Source: Lytechinus pictus (taxonomy: Eukaryota). From it: 64,000 nucleotides of DNA. The translations under genes were made by a program, and so were the position numbers. Positions 40,601 through 51,592 of the stretch are shown piece after piece. The stretch is taken from NCBI RefSeq assembly GCF_037042905.1, contig NC_087252.1:21020001-21084000 (forward strand), written 5' to 3'. Numbering within the stretch: the first letter of the stretch is position 1; every line of letters begins with the position of its first letter. Below the pieces are notes generated by a model. It worked only from the letters and a program-made list of their open reading frames with translations. It had not been told where the DNA came from and did not search any database.

Positions 40601-41619
40601 AGTAAAAGTCATGTTTGGGCATTGTGGTCTGTTGGTTAAGACTCTCGTCTGTCAATCTGAGGGATGTGGGTTCGATTACCAGCCATGGCGTGTTTGCCTT
40701 CAGCAAGAAATTTATCCACATTGTGCTGCACTCAACCTAGGTGAGGTAAATGCAGAGCTGCCAACCAGTACTGATTTTCAGTATTTAGTACTGAAAAATG
40801 AGAAGAATACTGATGGTTTCGTGCAAATACTGGTTTCTGAAGTTTCAGTCTTATGTGTTGTGCAATGGTATTTCTTTGAAAATACTGATTTCCTCACCGA
40901 AATACTGATTTTCAGCATTTAAAATACTGAAATGTTCTTGTTCAGGTTGGCAGCTCTGTAAATGGGTACCGGTAGGAAGTAATTCCTCAAAAAGCTGTGA
41001 GCACCAGAATCTGTAGACTAGCTTAGCCGGGGTAATATAGGAGCGCCTTCAGCACCTAACAAGTTGAATACATGCACTATATATATAATTCCTATATTAT
41101 TATTTTTATAGCAATATCTATATGTGACCAGCCAACCCAAAACCAAGAACAAGTCGCTAGAGAAATTCCTCTTTGAATAGCTCAAATGATAATTGGTATT
41201 CAAAAAGTAAAAAGTTAAAATGGGCTTATCTGAAAGAAGGACTATTTTCTTGCTATTACGTTGTAGTTTAGTGATTTTTATTTTCCTCTCGTTGTTATTG
41301 AAGTCTTTGAACAATTATTATGTTATAGGGTCAGCCAATCACAAGGCTTGTTCCTTTCTTGCTGTCCCTCTTATATTCAATCCAATGTTTATTTCTATTT
41401 GTTGTTGTTGTTTTCTATTTTGTTGATACTCTGTATATGTAGTGTTTTTGTATGGATTTTTATGAGCAAATAAATTGAAATTGAAATTGAACAGTTTACA
41501 TTCTGTTTATTTTATTTTGAATACAGTGTATCCAAGAGTGGTTGAAGCAGCAGAACACTTGCCCGACGTGTCGCAACTACACCATCCTCAAGAATGATTA
41601 TCCAACGCTACACAAGTGA
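1544..41619 (+). CDS. TTC3: TTC3/DZIP3-family RING-H2 E3 ubiquitin ligase, 24 coding exons in window, 5' end upstream of window
   Basis: Spliced translation has TTC3-like blocks recognised from memory: HTWPGTSTNIEE, CKHPPSPDATCRY..LDFKGYIKVKCSERCYIDYHINCWK, CSTPDCLG, PFAIPSHL, GPL..GGLKPFL, coiled coils, SLSGLSVDDIIRRV, and terminal RING-H2 CVICH..CGHIFHGRCIQEWLKQQNTCPTC. All junctions GT-AG with matching phases. Confidence 0.9.
1848..2241. mobile_element. hAT-like MITE with 5-bp TSD; relatives at 53642-53948 and partial at about 26758-26950
   Basis: cagggttcc..ggaaccctg termini, ataga on both flanks. Confidence 0.65.
2568..2677 (+). CDS. TTC3: TTC3-like exon (EINEALTRFE..FYGLATSLYKLNR), TPR-like
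   Basis: polyT-tag acceptor, gtgaga donor, phase 0-2. Confidence 0.85.
2725..2929. mobile_element. MITE with CAGAGCTGCCAAC TIRs (same family as 40753-40958)
   Basis: TIRs cagagctgccaac/gttggcagctctg. Confidence 0.7.
3230..3353 (+). CDS. TTC3: TTC3-like exon (FHEALDPIEK..TWPGTSTNIEETEKGKLE)
   Basis: cag acceptor, gtgaga donor, phase 2-0, conserved TWP..IEE motif. Confidence 0.9.
4494..4712 (+). CDS. TTC3: TTC3-like exon, Cys/His-rich TTC3/DZIP3 domain
   Basis: 219 bp open, tag acceptor, gttagt donor, PPSPDATC..DFKGYI..YHINCWK motif. Confidence 0.92.
4598..5145 (+). repeat. About 165-bp tandem repeat (3.3 copies) of the exon 3' half plus donor
   Basis: gttagttgat donors at 4713, 4879, 5040. 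Confidence 0.9.
5316..5467 (+). CDS. TTC3: TTC3-like exon (EALKTPCSTPDCLG..)
   Basis: tag acceptor, gtaaga donor, CxTPDC motif, phase 0-2. Confidence 0.9.
5907..6052 (+). CDS. TTC3: TTC3-like exon, Lys-rich
   Basis: tag acceptor; gtgaga donor chosen because phase 1 matches the next exon. Confidence 0.75.
7188..7372 (+). CDS. TTC3: TTC3-like exon, low complexity linker
   Basis: tag acceptor, gtatgt donor, phase 1-0, open frame. Confidence 0.8.
8161..8208 (+). CDS. TTC3: TTC3-like short exon (RKINKVKPKKSRKPAV)
   Basis: strong polypyrimidine-cag acceptor, gtgaga donor, 48 bp phase 0-0. Confidence 0.75.
8797..8906 (+). CDS. TTC3: TTC3-like exon (FDEGAASNIVQIEF..ERMNR)
   Basis: aag acceptor, gtaaaa donor, phase 0-2. 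Confidence 0.7.
9163..9414 (-). mobile_element. tRNA-derived SINE; relatives at about 2950-3105, 7660-8035, 44538-44739, 45255-45490 (-)
   Basis: reverse complement of the 27671 family. Confidence 0.8.
9790..9951 (+). CDS. TTC3: TTC3-like exon (..HPFAIPSHLQD..)
   Basis: tag acceptor, gtaagt donor, phase 2-2, PF.P.HL motif. Confidence 0.85.
9993..10615. mobile_element. Non-autonomous Tc1/mariner element
   Basis: TA|cagttgaggccaaaagtttacatacaccca..tgggtgtatgtaaacttctggcctcaactg|TA. Confidence 0.85.
11927..13652 (+). CDS. TTC3: TTC3-like large exon (1726 bp): conserved GPL/GGLKPFL domain then a long acidic disordered region
   Basis: inside ORF 11919..13676; cag acceptor, gtaagt donor, phase 2-0. 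Confidence 0.92.
14325..14725. repeat. Interspersed palindromic repeat built of about 15-bp tagacc/tagacg subunits; partial copy at about 45-282
   Basis: gtcta units in the left half, tagac units in the right half, shared with the window start. Confidence 0.6.
14795..14914 (+). CDS. TTC3: TTC3-like exon, coiled coil (RSLEQAKREKKQME..)
   Basis: cag acceptor, gtgagc donor, 120 bp open. Confidence 0.85.
15217..16508. mobile_element. Non-autonomous DNA transposon with 6-bp TSD and GC-rich interior
   Basis: TIR cagacctgccaacc/ggttggcaggtctg, TSD tgatag at 15211-16 and 16509-14. Confidence 0.8.
17789..17862 (+). CDS. TTC3: TTC3-like exon, coiled coil
   Basis: cag acceptor, gtaagt donor, phase 0-2. 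Confidence 0.8.
18708..19219 (-). mobile_element. 5'-truncated L2/CR1-group LINE 3' fragment
   Basis: ORF 18834..19349: QNAAA..SHITPILKTLHWLP..RAF..AGPSLWNSLP..FK..LKTYL, then a (TAT)n tail. Confidence 0.85.
19467..19590 (+). CDS. TTC3: TTC3-like exon, coiled coil
   Basis: cag acceptor, gtgagt donor, phase 2-0. Confidence 0.85.
19915..21200 (+). repeat. 132-bp tandem repeat spanning a TTC3 acceptor (four near-perfect copies plus the real exon start; about five degenerate upstream copies)
   Basis: AG acceptors ending at 20572, 20704, 20836, 20968, 21100. Confidence 0.95.
21101..21394 (+). CDS. TTC3: TTC3-like exon, coiled coil (SSVRDKEK..LDRACKAE); alternative in-frame starts at 20573, 20705, 20837, 20969
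   Basis: cag acceptor, gtatgt donor, 294 bp, inside ORF 20525..21496. Confidence 0.85.
21710..22269. mobile_element. TTAA-flanked Kolobok-like MITE; the end of another copy occupies 1-39
   Basis: ttaa|aggagaatgaa..ttcattctcct|ttaa. Confidence 0.7.
23170..23480 (+). mobile_element. Two tandem tRNA-like SINE heads (starting 23170 and about 23367)
   Basis: gtggccgagtggtctaaggcg..ggttcgatccc followed by gagcaagg SINE body in both. Confidence 0.6.
23752..23855 (+). CDS. TTC3: TTC3-like exon (SQFLHLFMSKE..)
   Basis: cag acceptor, gtaaga donor, phase 0-2. Confidence 0.85.
26653..26743 (+). CDS. TTC3: TTC3-like exon (NPMMEEHVRAIRSMWQD..)
   Basis: cag acceptor, gtaata donor, phase 2-0. Confidence 0.85.
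27671..27958 (+). mobile_element. tRNA-derived SINE
   Basis: A box gtggcccagtgg, B box ggttcaaatccc, shared core with other copies, (CTA/TTA)n tail. Confidence 0.8.
28617..28721 (+). CDS. TTC3: TTC3-like exon (NEYQAQMISIQNGGALDAM..)
   Basis: cag acceptor, gtaagt donor; resembles the TTC3 'QI..IKNG..L' motif. Confidence 0.88.
28748..33573. mobile_element. TTAA-flanked (Kolobok-like) MITE split by the Academ-like insertion
   Basis: ttaa|aggtattgtttaactttg ... caatgttaaccaatcact|ttaa; halves rejoin as acagacac-acg-tgacaag. Confidence 0.6.
29062..33509. mobile_element. Non-autonomous foldback DNA transposon, probably Academ-like, with kb-long modular inverted arms
   Basis: TAGT..ACTA termini, ACG 3-bp TSD (29059-61, 33510-12), arms are reverse complements, decayed EEA..IH..G..III.ATD.DVVVL coding relic at about 30790-30950 (-). 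Confidence 0.75.
34078..34300 (+). CDS. TTC3: TTC3-like exon, G/P/M-rich
   Basis: polypyrimidine-aag acceptor, gtgggt donor, phase 0-1. Confidence 0.8.
34393..35120. repeat. Long (CAT)n-based compound microsatellite
   Basis: catcatcatcttcatcactat-type units over about 730 bp. Confidence 0.95.
35234..35590 (+). CDS. TTC3: TTC3-like exon with (QA)n repeat
   Basis: tag acceptor, gtaagt donor, phase 1-1, inside ORF 35239..35658. Confidence 0.85.
36264..36537. mobile_element. Palindromic-ended MITE; relatives at about 36570-36837, 43055-43245, 57100-57377
   Basis: gggccccgttgtacaaagagttacgattgatccgatcaatc and its exact reverse complement. Confidence 0.7.
36952..37162 (+). CDS. TTC3: TTC3-like exon, Q-rich then KNSFERIMLRLHGIYSSYNK
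   Basis: cag acceptor, gtaagt donor, phase 1-2. Confidence 0.88.
37641..38411. mobile_element. piggyBac-like MITE; related copies at 25674-26245, 22274-22957 and about 17340-17657
   Basis: TTAA|CCCT..AGGG|TTAA and near-identical internal sequence among copies. Confidence 0.8.
38704..38845 (+). CDS. TTC3: TTC3-like exon (LTGFLKDVR..SLSGLSVDDIIRRV)
   Basis: cag acceptor, gtgaga donor; conserved TTC3/DZIP3/RNF214 pre-RING motif. Confidence 0.92.
39703..40216. mobile_element. MITE with cccctgtcacact TIRs and internal GAAT/ATTC subrepeats
   Basis: cccctgtcacact..agtgtgacgggg, mirrored GAAT orientation. Confidence 0.6.
40301..40597 (+). CDS. TTC3: TTC3-like exon, first half of RING-H2
   Basis: CVICHD..CGHIFH; cag acceptor, gtgagt donor. 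Confidence 0.93.
40616..41105 (+). mobile_element. tRNA-derived SINE interrupted by a MITE
   Basis: A/B-box head, core ccttcagcaagaaatttatccacattgtgctgcactcaacc, (TAT)n tail. Confidence 0.75.
40753..40958. mobile_element. MITE with 6-bp TSD inserted inside a SINE
   Basis: TSD taaatg on both sides; flanks rejoin as SINE sequence gaggtaaatgggtacc. Confidence 0.8.
41527..41619 (+). CDS. TTC3: TTC3-like last coding exon, second half of RING-H2 and stop
   Basis: CIQEWLKQQNTCPTCR..HK then TGA at 41617-41619. Confidence 0.93.
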   Translation, partial: CIQEWLKQQNTCPTCRNYTILKNDYPTLHK

Positions 41620-44254
41620 GAGAGAGAGAGAGAGAGAGACAAGGACACACATTAAGAGGCATATATCTTCCACCATCTCTTAACTCCGGTCAGTAGACTC
41701 CGTCACTGCACAAGTAAAAGAGAGATATGGACATGGTAGGCAGATATGAAGAGGCCTTGAATTAATTAACCTCCAAAGACTAAGCATTTTTTTTTTCAGA
41801 GCAGAATATACAAGTGTAATACTTGTGTCATCCAAGTTGAATTTCGCGGAAGTTGAAAACAGGATTTCTGTGGTCCAAACAGATAGATGCACCTGACTGA
41901 CAAATTTGCTCCGAGCCAATCAGATGCAGGGATTTCAGTAGCTTATAAAAAAACAAGTCCGGTGAAAAATTACTGTTTTGTTCATGAAATGTTCCACTGA
42001 TTGATTTGTTGCCATTTTGAGTTAGTTACTACTTGATATCATTTCACCCGATCTGTTCACCGCTGCACTGGAGGAGGTCATTTGTAAACTACTAGACTGG
42101 GAAAAGTACGGGGCTAAACATTGAAGGGGAGACCCGAGTATCGTTGATGATATCATTCTAATCACTAATGATGGAGAAGAATTTAATTTCTCATAAGTAT
42201 AACTGAAAAGTTCACTTCATCTTTTGTCGCCAAAATGAAAATTGCAATGGCCATTTGTGTCTTTTCTGGTCCTGTCGTTTGACAATCAGTCTTCTATAAT
42301 TTTTGTTTTGTTTTTATATATATATATAGTCTTTTTTTTTCTTGTTATCTGAGTCCCCTTACCACAAAACTTAGTGCTTGATATTAGGTTTGATTTTTAC
42401 GCTTCTTTGCTCAATATATGTAATCAAGTGCACAAATCGATTGTACGATCATTAAATGACACAGTTTTGTGTTACCGGCTCCAGATGTCCCTGAAAATGT
42501 TGAGGTTTTCATTGATTTTATATGATTTGATCAATATATTGAAAGTATAGTGACACAGCATTTATTTTCTTAGTAGCGTGTACTACAGATAAAGCAACTT
42601 TCTTTAGCATATCCTGTAGAAATAAGGGGTTAGTATGGAAATATATAGTTTCTTTAAACGATTACTAGTCTGATTTCTTCCACATCCCTTTAAACATGAC
42701 ATGTATTGAGGAGGCATTGGTTATCATTAATTTGACTGTAAAATGTGTGCAGTAACATGTTATTTGTTACCCGAGTCTGTGATTTGGTGTGAAAGTAAAG
42801 CCCAGAATAATTACACCTGAAAATTATTATTCAGTGCTTCAAAAAAGTGAAACACAAAGTGAAGAGAAACACCATCTCAATTTTATTTTATACTAAATGT
42901 GTTGCAATTAGAATCGAAACTAGATAACGATTTTCTAGTGGGAGATGTCTTATAAGCTTCTGCTCGAATTTTATTTATATTATGCCTTGGTATTTTTTTA
43001 AAATGCATATTAACATAAACAAATTGCAGTCATAAATATATTAAAGATACCTAGGATCCCATCTTACAAAGGGTTGCGATTGATCCACTCAACCACTACT
43101 ATGGAAAGCAAGACATGCCATAATTTGCGCAATGTCCCCAAGGAAGCAAAGAGAAGCGCACTGCATAGTCGAGACTATGACGCATGCATGGATATACTGT
43201 GGACTTTGTCTAATTATGGGGCGTTGCAAGAAACTTGCACTCAATTGCAAGTCTACTGTTTGTCCCTAAATCATAAGTTTTGAAATTAATTGCAGATTTG
43301 CCTTTGATTGCTAATCTGCTCCTTGAAACAAGGAGTGTAATCTGATTTGCTACAGCTAAAATTGATCTATCAATTGTAAAGTTGCAGTAGAATATTTGCA
43401 ATTGATTGCAATATTTTCTTGCAACACCCCCTAAGTCCACTTGCCATAAGTCAAATAATCGGCTAACTTAGAGCATTATATCTGACCAGGAGCCCGCAAC
43501 AAAGCTTATCCATCATCGTAAAACATTTTTTATGATTGATTGCATGGTCTAAATGTACAATCGTTCCTGAAAATCAAGAATACGATTATTCGCTAAACTT
43601 TGTGTTACAGGACCCAGATAAGGTACATGTTCAACTTACATCCTCTAGGTCATATTTCACCTAAGTCAAACAGATCTATGTGGTTCCACAAGATTTGACT
43701 TGGCAGTGTTACCAGTATATCATATTGAGACGAAAAATTTGAACGGACATGCATTGTAGATGTTGGAGTTGCTGGCTCCCCGTAGTTATGATTGATCGGA
43801 TCAATCATAAATGTTTGTAATACTAGCCCCAGGACATTGCCGAAGCAATATATTCGATTGTATACTCATGATACAGGTCTTGGATCTATTTGTACTGGAT
43901 TTAAGGGGAGGGATTTCACAAATAGTTAGGTACATGTACAACTTAGAGTCATGCTTAAATGGCGACACGCACATGATATGTTATGCGCAATCTTATTGAT
44001 TAATATGCAGTAGCGCGCATCCTTTTCACATTATTTTACCAATTCGGTAATGCCATTCCTACCACACGCAACTCTTCACTCTAAAATCTTTGTGAAACAC
44101 CCGCAGGATAGATTTGATTCAGAGATAATTTTCTCCATTTTCCCTTCATTCCTTTGTAAAATGTATACATTTAAACGTTTATTGATTTGAAACATGCTCT
44201 TTCAAATGTATATTTTTCTTCTTCATGAGAATTTGTTGTGTTGACAAATCTTTT

Positions 44255-44269
44255 AATAAATGAAATAAA
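44255..44269 (+). promoter_or_regulatory. Candidate polyadenylation signals for the TTC3-like gene (two AATAAA)
   Basis: AATAAA at 44255 and 44264 followed by T/GT-rich sequence, about 2.6 kb after the stop. Confidence 0.45.
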
Positions 44270-47200
44270 GTCTTTTTGCAAGTTGCCATTATCATTTTGA
44301 TATTGCCTTGCTTTGGAACAGTACAAGCTTTTTTATTTGTTGCAAAATTGACATGGCAATGTGTCTGTACTGATGGTCTTTAGTGCAAATGTTGTAAGAG
44401 AGATGATGGCGAATGATACTGAAAAAGTAGAAGATGAAAAAAAGAAGGTGAAAGGGTACTTACTAGTATTAAGATGTGTTTATAAATAATAATATAGGCC
44501 ACTTCAGTTCTGAAAACTGTTCTCCCAGCGGGCCCTGCTATTATTATTACCCCGGCTTTAGCTGGGATGCCCAGGCGCTCAATCTTCTTCCTACCGGGTA
44601 CCCATTCACCTCACCTGGGTTGAGTGCAGCACAATGTGGATGAATTTCTTGCTGAAGGAAATGACGTCATGGCTGGGATTTGAACCCACGACCCTCCGTT
44701 TCAAAGTCAGAAGGCTAATCCACTGGGCCACAATGCTCCACATAAATGTGGGCTTTGTGAAAAATTGAATCTGAAGAAAATGGAAGTTTATTTGAGAATA
44801 GAAAAATCCATGATACCATAAAAATGTGTGGTGCTGACATCTGATAGAAAGAACATATGTGAGCTCATGGAAAGGTTGGGCTGGGAAGAAACTGTTGTGG
44901 AAGTGGTAATGAGGAGAGATATTGTTAAGAAGGAAGGAATCTTAACTTTAATTAGTTATAAATCTCAACATTTTAGAGATTTATGATGATTTTGAAAGTT
45001 CAATTTCATTTTGAAATTCACAGGAATTTCAAATGAAATTAAACTTTCAAAATAGCAGGATTCGTGTTAGAAGACGTGGCACAGACTTATGACAAATTGC
45101 CCAAGTCGTGTCATTCCGTAACTTGCCGTTATTCCAATATCTTTAATATTTTCAGTGTGAAGTGATGTGTGTGATGATGTTTTGAATGCAGAATTGGATG
45201 AGTATATGAATGAGAACAGCCCAAGCCCATTAAAGTTCATTTCAAATAAATCAATAGTAATAAAAATTGGCATTTATATTGCATTATATTTCTAGAAAAT
45301 CTATTCCGAGGTGCATTGTTATTTATTACCCCAGCTTTAGCTCAAGCAGCCTTCCAGCGCCCAGTGCATTTCAAGGAATTAATCCTGCCTGCTACCCATT
45401 CACCTCAATTGAGTGCACGTCATGGCTGGGATTCAAACCCATGTCTCTAACTGAGAGATGTGAGTCGTAACCACTGGACCATGACGCTCTCAAGACGAAT
45501 GGATAGGTTTCCTCTTATTTTTCTGTTTTTAATCAAATGTAACAGGGTGAACTTCCCGTTAAAAGATCACGCGGGAGAAGTCTGACACAAAATAAAAACA
45601 CAAAATAAGACAGATTTTACTGAAGACAAACAAACAAATGAAAACTTTTTTTAATTTTCCACTTTTTTTTTCAAGGCAAGACTGCCTTAAAGGAGAAAAA
45701 ATACAAAATATTTAATAATACGCAGCTCTAGACGTGGCTTATTACACGGAATAAACTCATATAAATCAACATCTATGATAAATACTGAAGCAATTTCTTT
45801 AGCAGGTTTTGTACAGGACTGAATACATACGCAATACATGCTTTCACATACTTTTCTCCATACGTGGTACACGGCTATCCCTTTTAAGAAGCCATATGAA
45901 GTTTGAATTTTTTTTATTCAACAACTGTTTTTCTGTATGACTTACAGCCCCCCCCCCCCTCCCAACCCTTCGGATTTCCAGAGACTGCAATGCAACAGTC
46001 TTAACAACAAAACCGACTCCAAACTGGCCAATGATACTTCAGAAGAAATAACGTCATATTTTTTATCGGTCTGGAGACAATTCCATTGGTACGACAGTAG
46101 CATAGAATTCCAAATATTTGAACATTCCAAAATTCTAAAATCTCTGAAATATCTCAATAAATCTTTTACAATCTTTGAAAGTCTATTTCAAATTTAATTA
46201 TTCCTACAGTTAGTAACTTGATTTCTCCATTTATATCTCACGCTACATCCCGTAACCTTTGTCTTTAAAATAATGTTTCCCCTGTAAGTATTGTTTATGA
46301 CACATTTTGGGTGATATACCTAACTTCGATATGTTGTTAAAGTGCTAATTCTTCAAAAGTATTAGATATTTCAGTCCATAAAGGAAATATTATTCACGAT
46401 CCAAATCAAAAAGATAATATCCACATCACCCAAAACAAAACCCCCAATTTGAAAAAATTAATCAAGCATAACATAACAAAATATTCAGATGAAATTGAAG
46501 TCCAAAATGATTACACAAATAAGAGTACTTTTATGTCAATGTTGACAATGCCCAATTTGAAAATTAAATTCATTTATGATTTCAACAAAGTTCCATCTTC
46601 TAGCATTATTCCCTCGTACATAAATGAAATCACAACAACTCATATTAGTTTGCACAAAGGAGGTTCAAATTTCACAACCAATTGACTACTGTAACCTGAG
46701 AGTATTTTATCAACATTTGTCATCTGACTAATTGTCAAATCTGACAACTTTCCTTGATTTTGATTGGCTGAGAAGCACTGTTACTATGGTAACCGTCGGA
46801 TAAAACATCTGTCAAATTCTTTCATGAAATGCTCCCCAGGGGGACTGTGTCGTGAAAGGACTTGTCAGAGGTTTTATCTAACTAGTCCTGTTTTATCCGA
46901 CAGTTAGCATGGTAACAGCTTCTGAGCCAATCAAAATCCAGGAAAGTTGTCAGATCTGACTAGTTAAGACAACAAATGTTGATGAACCGCTTCCTGGATT
47001 AACCCTGTTCAAAAGTCAATGAGAACAACAGAATTTAAAAATCAAGTCGCACTAATAGATTAAGTGTATGAGTAAATCCATCGTGATTGAAAATATTAAT
47101 CATATCTCTTTGTTACACACAAGGGGTCAATTTCACTCATACCAACATACATATCTCTCTCTCTAAACGAATGTGCAAAGACCAAAATTCAATAGGTCGA

Positions 47201-49534
47201 TTGGTCTATGTACATGCGCGCATGGGTTTAGCAATTTTTTCTAACACTGGTGAAACCGAACCCTTATCAAGTGGGTTGTCTGTGTATTTGTCCTCATGAT
47301 CCCTTTGTGAAAAGCTACCCAGATCTCTTCAATAAACAAACCCCCTTTGTGCAACCCAGCCTAAGCATACAAGACAGGTAAATAAGGTAATCAGCGTACA
47401 ACATTTTTGGCAAAAACAGAATACAAGAAATACATAAACATATTACTCTTCGAGGAATATTACTTTTAAGCTTCTTATTTACAACAAATAAAAACATATA
47501 ATGGGCAAAGAAAACACTCAGATATTCAGCTCGTGTGCTAAGACGGTCACATAGAAAAAAAAAGTAATGCTGGTTAAAGAAGATATATTAGCACTTAAAA
47601 AATACCTGATCTTGCTTCTCAAAAAAACAGAAAACAATTTATCGTACATTGCTGCAATAGAAACAAATCTTACCAACAAATTGTTAATCCATCTGGTATC
47701 ACATGTCAACTGCATTTTTTTACATGGAGCAATGAAATTTTTGCTTTACGACAAGAAAATAAAAAGTCAAAATATGTTGAATAGGCCAGTTTTGTAATTA
47801 ACCCCAATAAATGCATAGATCTTTGTGTAGTGCTACATGTATATTGGCGTCCTTCGAATGCTTCAAAAATTTATATTCCAATTTTCAGTATTGTCTGGTG
47901 TAAACTCAAACACTACGGCTCCTTTACACAAAGGTTAGTGATTAATCGCTAAATGAAATTGCCTATCAAGTTCACTGTTGCAGGCGCATTTTGCTCAGTA
48001 AATAGACGAAGAACCGATCAAAATTGCTCATTCAATTTGGCAATTAATCGCGAACCTTTGTGTTCGGGGGCCGATATTCACAAAATACTGACCAATGAAA
48101 TACAATTATTTTTGTTTGTGAATGGCGTCACTCAAACCAAGGCACTTCACAAAGATGCATGCATTCATTTAAATCATACGGATAACAATCCATGTGATCA
48201 CATGACAGAAATAGCCTACTCTTGCTCCATATTTGAATCTTAAATTTAAAATGCTTGAAAGCACATTTTTGCTATCCACATTGACACAGCGATTACACAA
48301 AAAAAGGGATATTTATGATGGTTCGCAAATGTGTGTATGGAAAACTTGTGAATATTGATTAAAATACATGAAGTCTAGGTACATATCTTCGGACAAGATT
48401 TAGCATATTATCATACCTCAATTTACACCAACACACAATTTAAAACTGGATGAAATATACAATAAATAAGTTTTCCTTATGTAATAATAAGTAATGGTCA
48501 CATGAAGTACTGTTTCACACAGAACAAGTAGTATGGAATAATAATAATCAATTTATCCTAATTATTAATCCTTTCAAATCAATCCCCCATCCCCTTTTTT
48601 ATTTTGATGGAATGACCCATTTCCCATAAAAAACTGTAAAAATCAAACACTTTTTTAAAAAGTTTATGACTCTTCTTCCAATCTTGACATACTGTGTACT
48701 GAGCATAAAAAGACACACAAAATACATGAGCCTCTTTTGTAATTCTATCTCAATAAAAACTACATTATCATCAGAAACTATACCAAAAAATCAACAAATG
48801 AACACAATACTGACCCCTACCCCCGAACCACAACTAAAAAAAAATCATGGTTTTCCTCCCCGTTCCCTCCCTTAATATGGAATATCAATATATGAATATT
48901 CATAAAGCACACATAGTAATGACCTTTGTACAGCACTCATTTGAATAATATGAATACTAATGAGACATTGATAATATTCATTGCCATTTAGACGTTCACA
49001 AGACACTCACGCAATGAGGGTTAAATACTAGCGAAGGGCTAGCGGAGCTAGATGCTACACTTTTACAGCACATGCCTGTCTTATAATTCATATCCAATAT
49101 TTACAACAGTTTTTAATGCCTTTCATGGGCATTTGTAAGCAATCTTTTATTCCTTGACGCCGTCCTGAGGCAGTCCACCTTTTGCGGATCTAAGATGTAG
49201 GAGGTTCACAAGATCTTGCTTTTGCATTTGAATCTCTTTGGTCCAGCAACCTTGTAACTAGACTAAAATAAATCACAGCCTTGGTCTAGCCTTTATGATC
49301 TAGTGGTCTATTATGCCTTGAGGGCCAAAGTATCACAACAGTATTGGACTTGAAAACTTGTGACCCTTATGCACTCACGGACAAATAACTTATGGACCAC
49401 TTGTCACAAAGACTTAAAACTCTTATGAATCCAAGGCTTATACGGAGTCTGAACTGTATGGCTTGTTGATGCACGCATCGACAAAGCTCAAAGCTCATGA
49501 AAGAATTTGCCTTGTAAGCCTTAAACTTATGACT

Positions 49535-49870
49535 AATATGCCTTGCATATAGGAGCACAAGCCTTATGAAACTTATGCCTTGTGAAAGTAAAGACATAAG
49601 GATCTATAAAAAACTTATGCCTTGTAATGGTAAGATGTAAGGATCTTATGCCTGGAATACCTTATGCATAAAGGAGCACAAACCATATGAAATTTGTGTC
49701 TCGTGAACCTCAAGATATAAGGATCTTATGCCTTGAATACCTTATGCATAAAGGAGCACAAACCATATGAAACATATGTCTTGTGAACCTCAAGGTATAA
49801 GGATCTTATGCCTTGAATACCTTATGCATCGGGGAGCAAAAGCTTTTTCGACAGGGATCTTGTGAACCTG
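49535..49870. repeat. 80-bp minisatellite in the probable APP 3' UTR
   Basis: ggagca landmarks near 49671, 49751, 49831; cttatgcctt subrepeat. Confidence 0.8.
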
Positions 49871-51592
49871 AGGCTAGATCTTCTTCCTTTTGACAAGATG
49901 CTTGGCAGTCTTTATGGTTTGTGGACTGGCATTAAGATGTATTGATCATCCTTTTCTTGAACCTCTCACTCCAGATTTAATTCATAACCTCTGCTATTGC
50001 CAACTTCTAACAACAAAGACTGTAGCAGTTCATGTTACCATGCCTACAAATGCATATGCTTCATATGCATAAATATTCATGATCGCTTTGTTACTCCATT
50101 GCCATGACAACCGGAAAGTTACGAAGGGCACGTCCATGTACTATAAATATACAAACATACGGGTCTATTGTAATGTACCTTGGTTCTTACAGATCTACGC
50201 TGAGCAAGAAATCTACAGCAATTTAGCTCACAGAAAAATGTATGCTTTTTCACAAGACATCCAAAAGTTGGCTAAATTTTGTACAACAATAAACAATGTC
50301 ACTAATCCACTACTTGGTGAAAAAGATTTACAATAATTCTCTTCTTTTTTTTTTCTTGTTAAATTAATATTATAGACATGATTATATCACACAAACAAAA
50401 ATCGATCTTGAATTTACAAGTACATGTATAAGTTAAGAAGTAGGTCATATGTTATTTCTTTACGTCACAGTGATTGAGTTTTTATGAAAGAGATGCTAAA
50501 TGTCATGAAGAGTATTTAAGGCTTTCAATACCTAGATGCAATTTTTTGAATTCTAAAATCTATTGAATCTGTCAACATATTTTTTTCAAATTGGCCTACA
50601 ACAGAAGCATCATGACATCAAGTTTTCAGTCTGTTTTAATTGTTGTAACCTGGCATCAGAAACACTAAATACTCATGTCGAATATACGTTAGTTTATTAA
50701 TTGTATTACCATTGCAAGCCTAACTCACAATGAATGTCAAACGCTACACTAAAACACTTACTTATCATCCTAATAAGAGGATTGAGTCGCAAGATTTAAT
50801 AGAAACAACTACAATTACCAATGAGTTTGTTATAAATTTCAAATGTCACAATGTTATATATTTGATAATGTTCATTATTCATATTTCAACAAACCCATAT
50901 TCTAACCATCAATTAAGTCAAGTATGCTGTAACAAATGCTTTGGAAAAGCACGGTAAATATCAATAAGTCAAAATATTTTATATGTAAACAAAAACCTTC
51001 AACTTTTTATGAGTGACGTGATTGCTAGCAATGGAATGAGTGCTAAAAACACCTCTGTTAACATCAATTTAACATGATTTCACATGATAAATAAGTAAAT
51101 CTTAATGTACATTTAATATTGCAATACTTAAATGATTCTTTCTTTAAAGAGAGAGAAAGATACAGAAGTTAAAGAGATATATTTACCAAGACAGGTCGCG
51201 ATGTAGATACAGACACAGATGTACAAATATACTACCAATTTGTTAGGTGGAAATAGTAGAATGATATACTTTGTGAACTTCTCAGAATACAGGAATATAC
51301 TGTGCTTGTCATATCATTATGAGTTGAATGCAAATACATGTTTGTTTTTTCTGTCATTTTAATGTACTAATACACTGTTGATATTAACTATAATAAATAT
51401 GAGGGCAGAGTACTTCATTCACGAGTTTTTTTTCTTTGATAGCAAGCTGATGTGAAGAGTGATAATAGCTTCTTCTTCCGCGTTATATCTGTGCTCGGTA
51501 ATGGTTCTTTCCGTTTGAAATAAACATAGGTGCAAGAATACACAGTTCAGCAATAGAGGGCCATCATATTATTTTGTTGACTCCGTGGTGAG

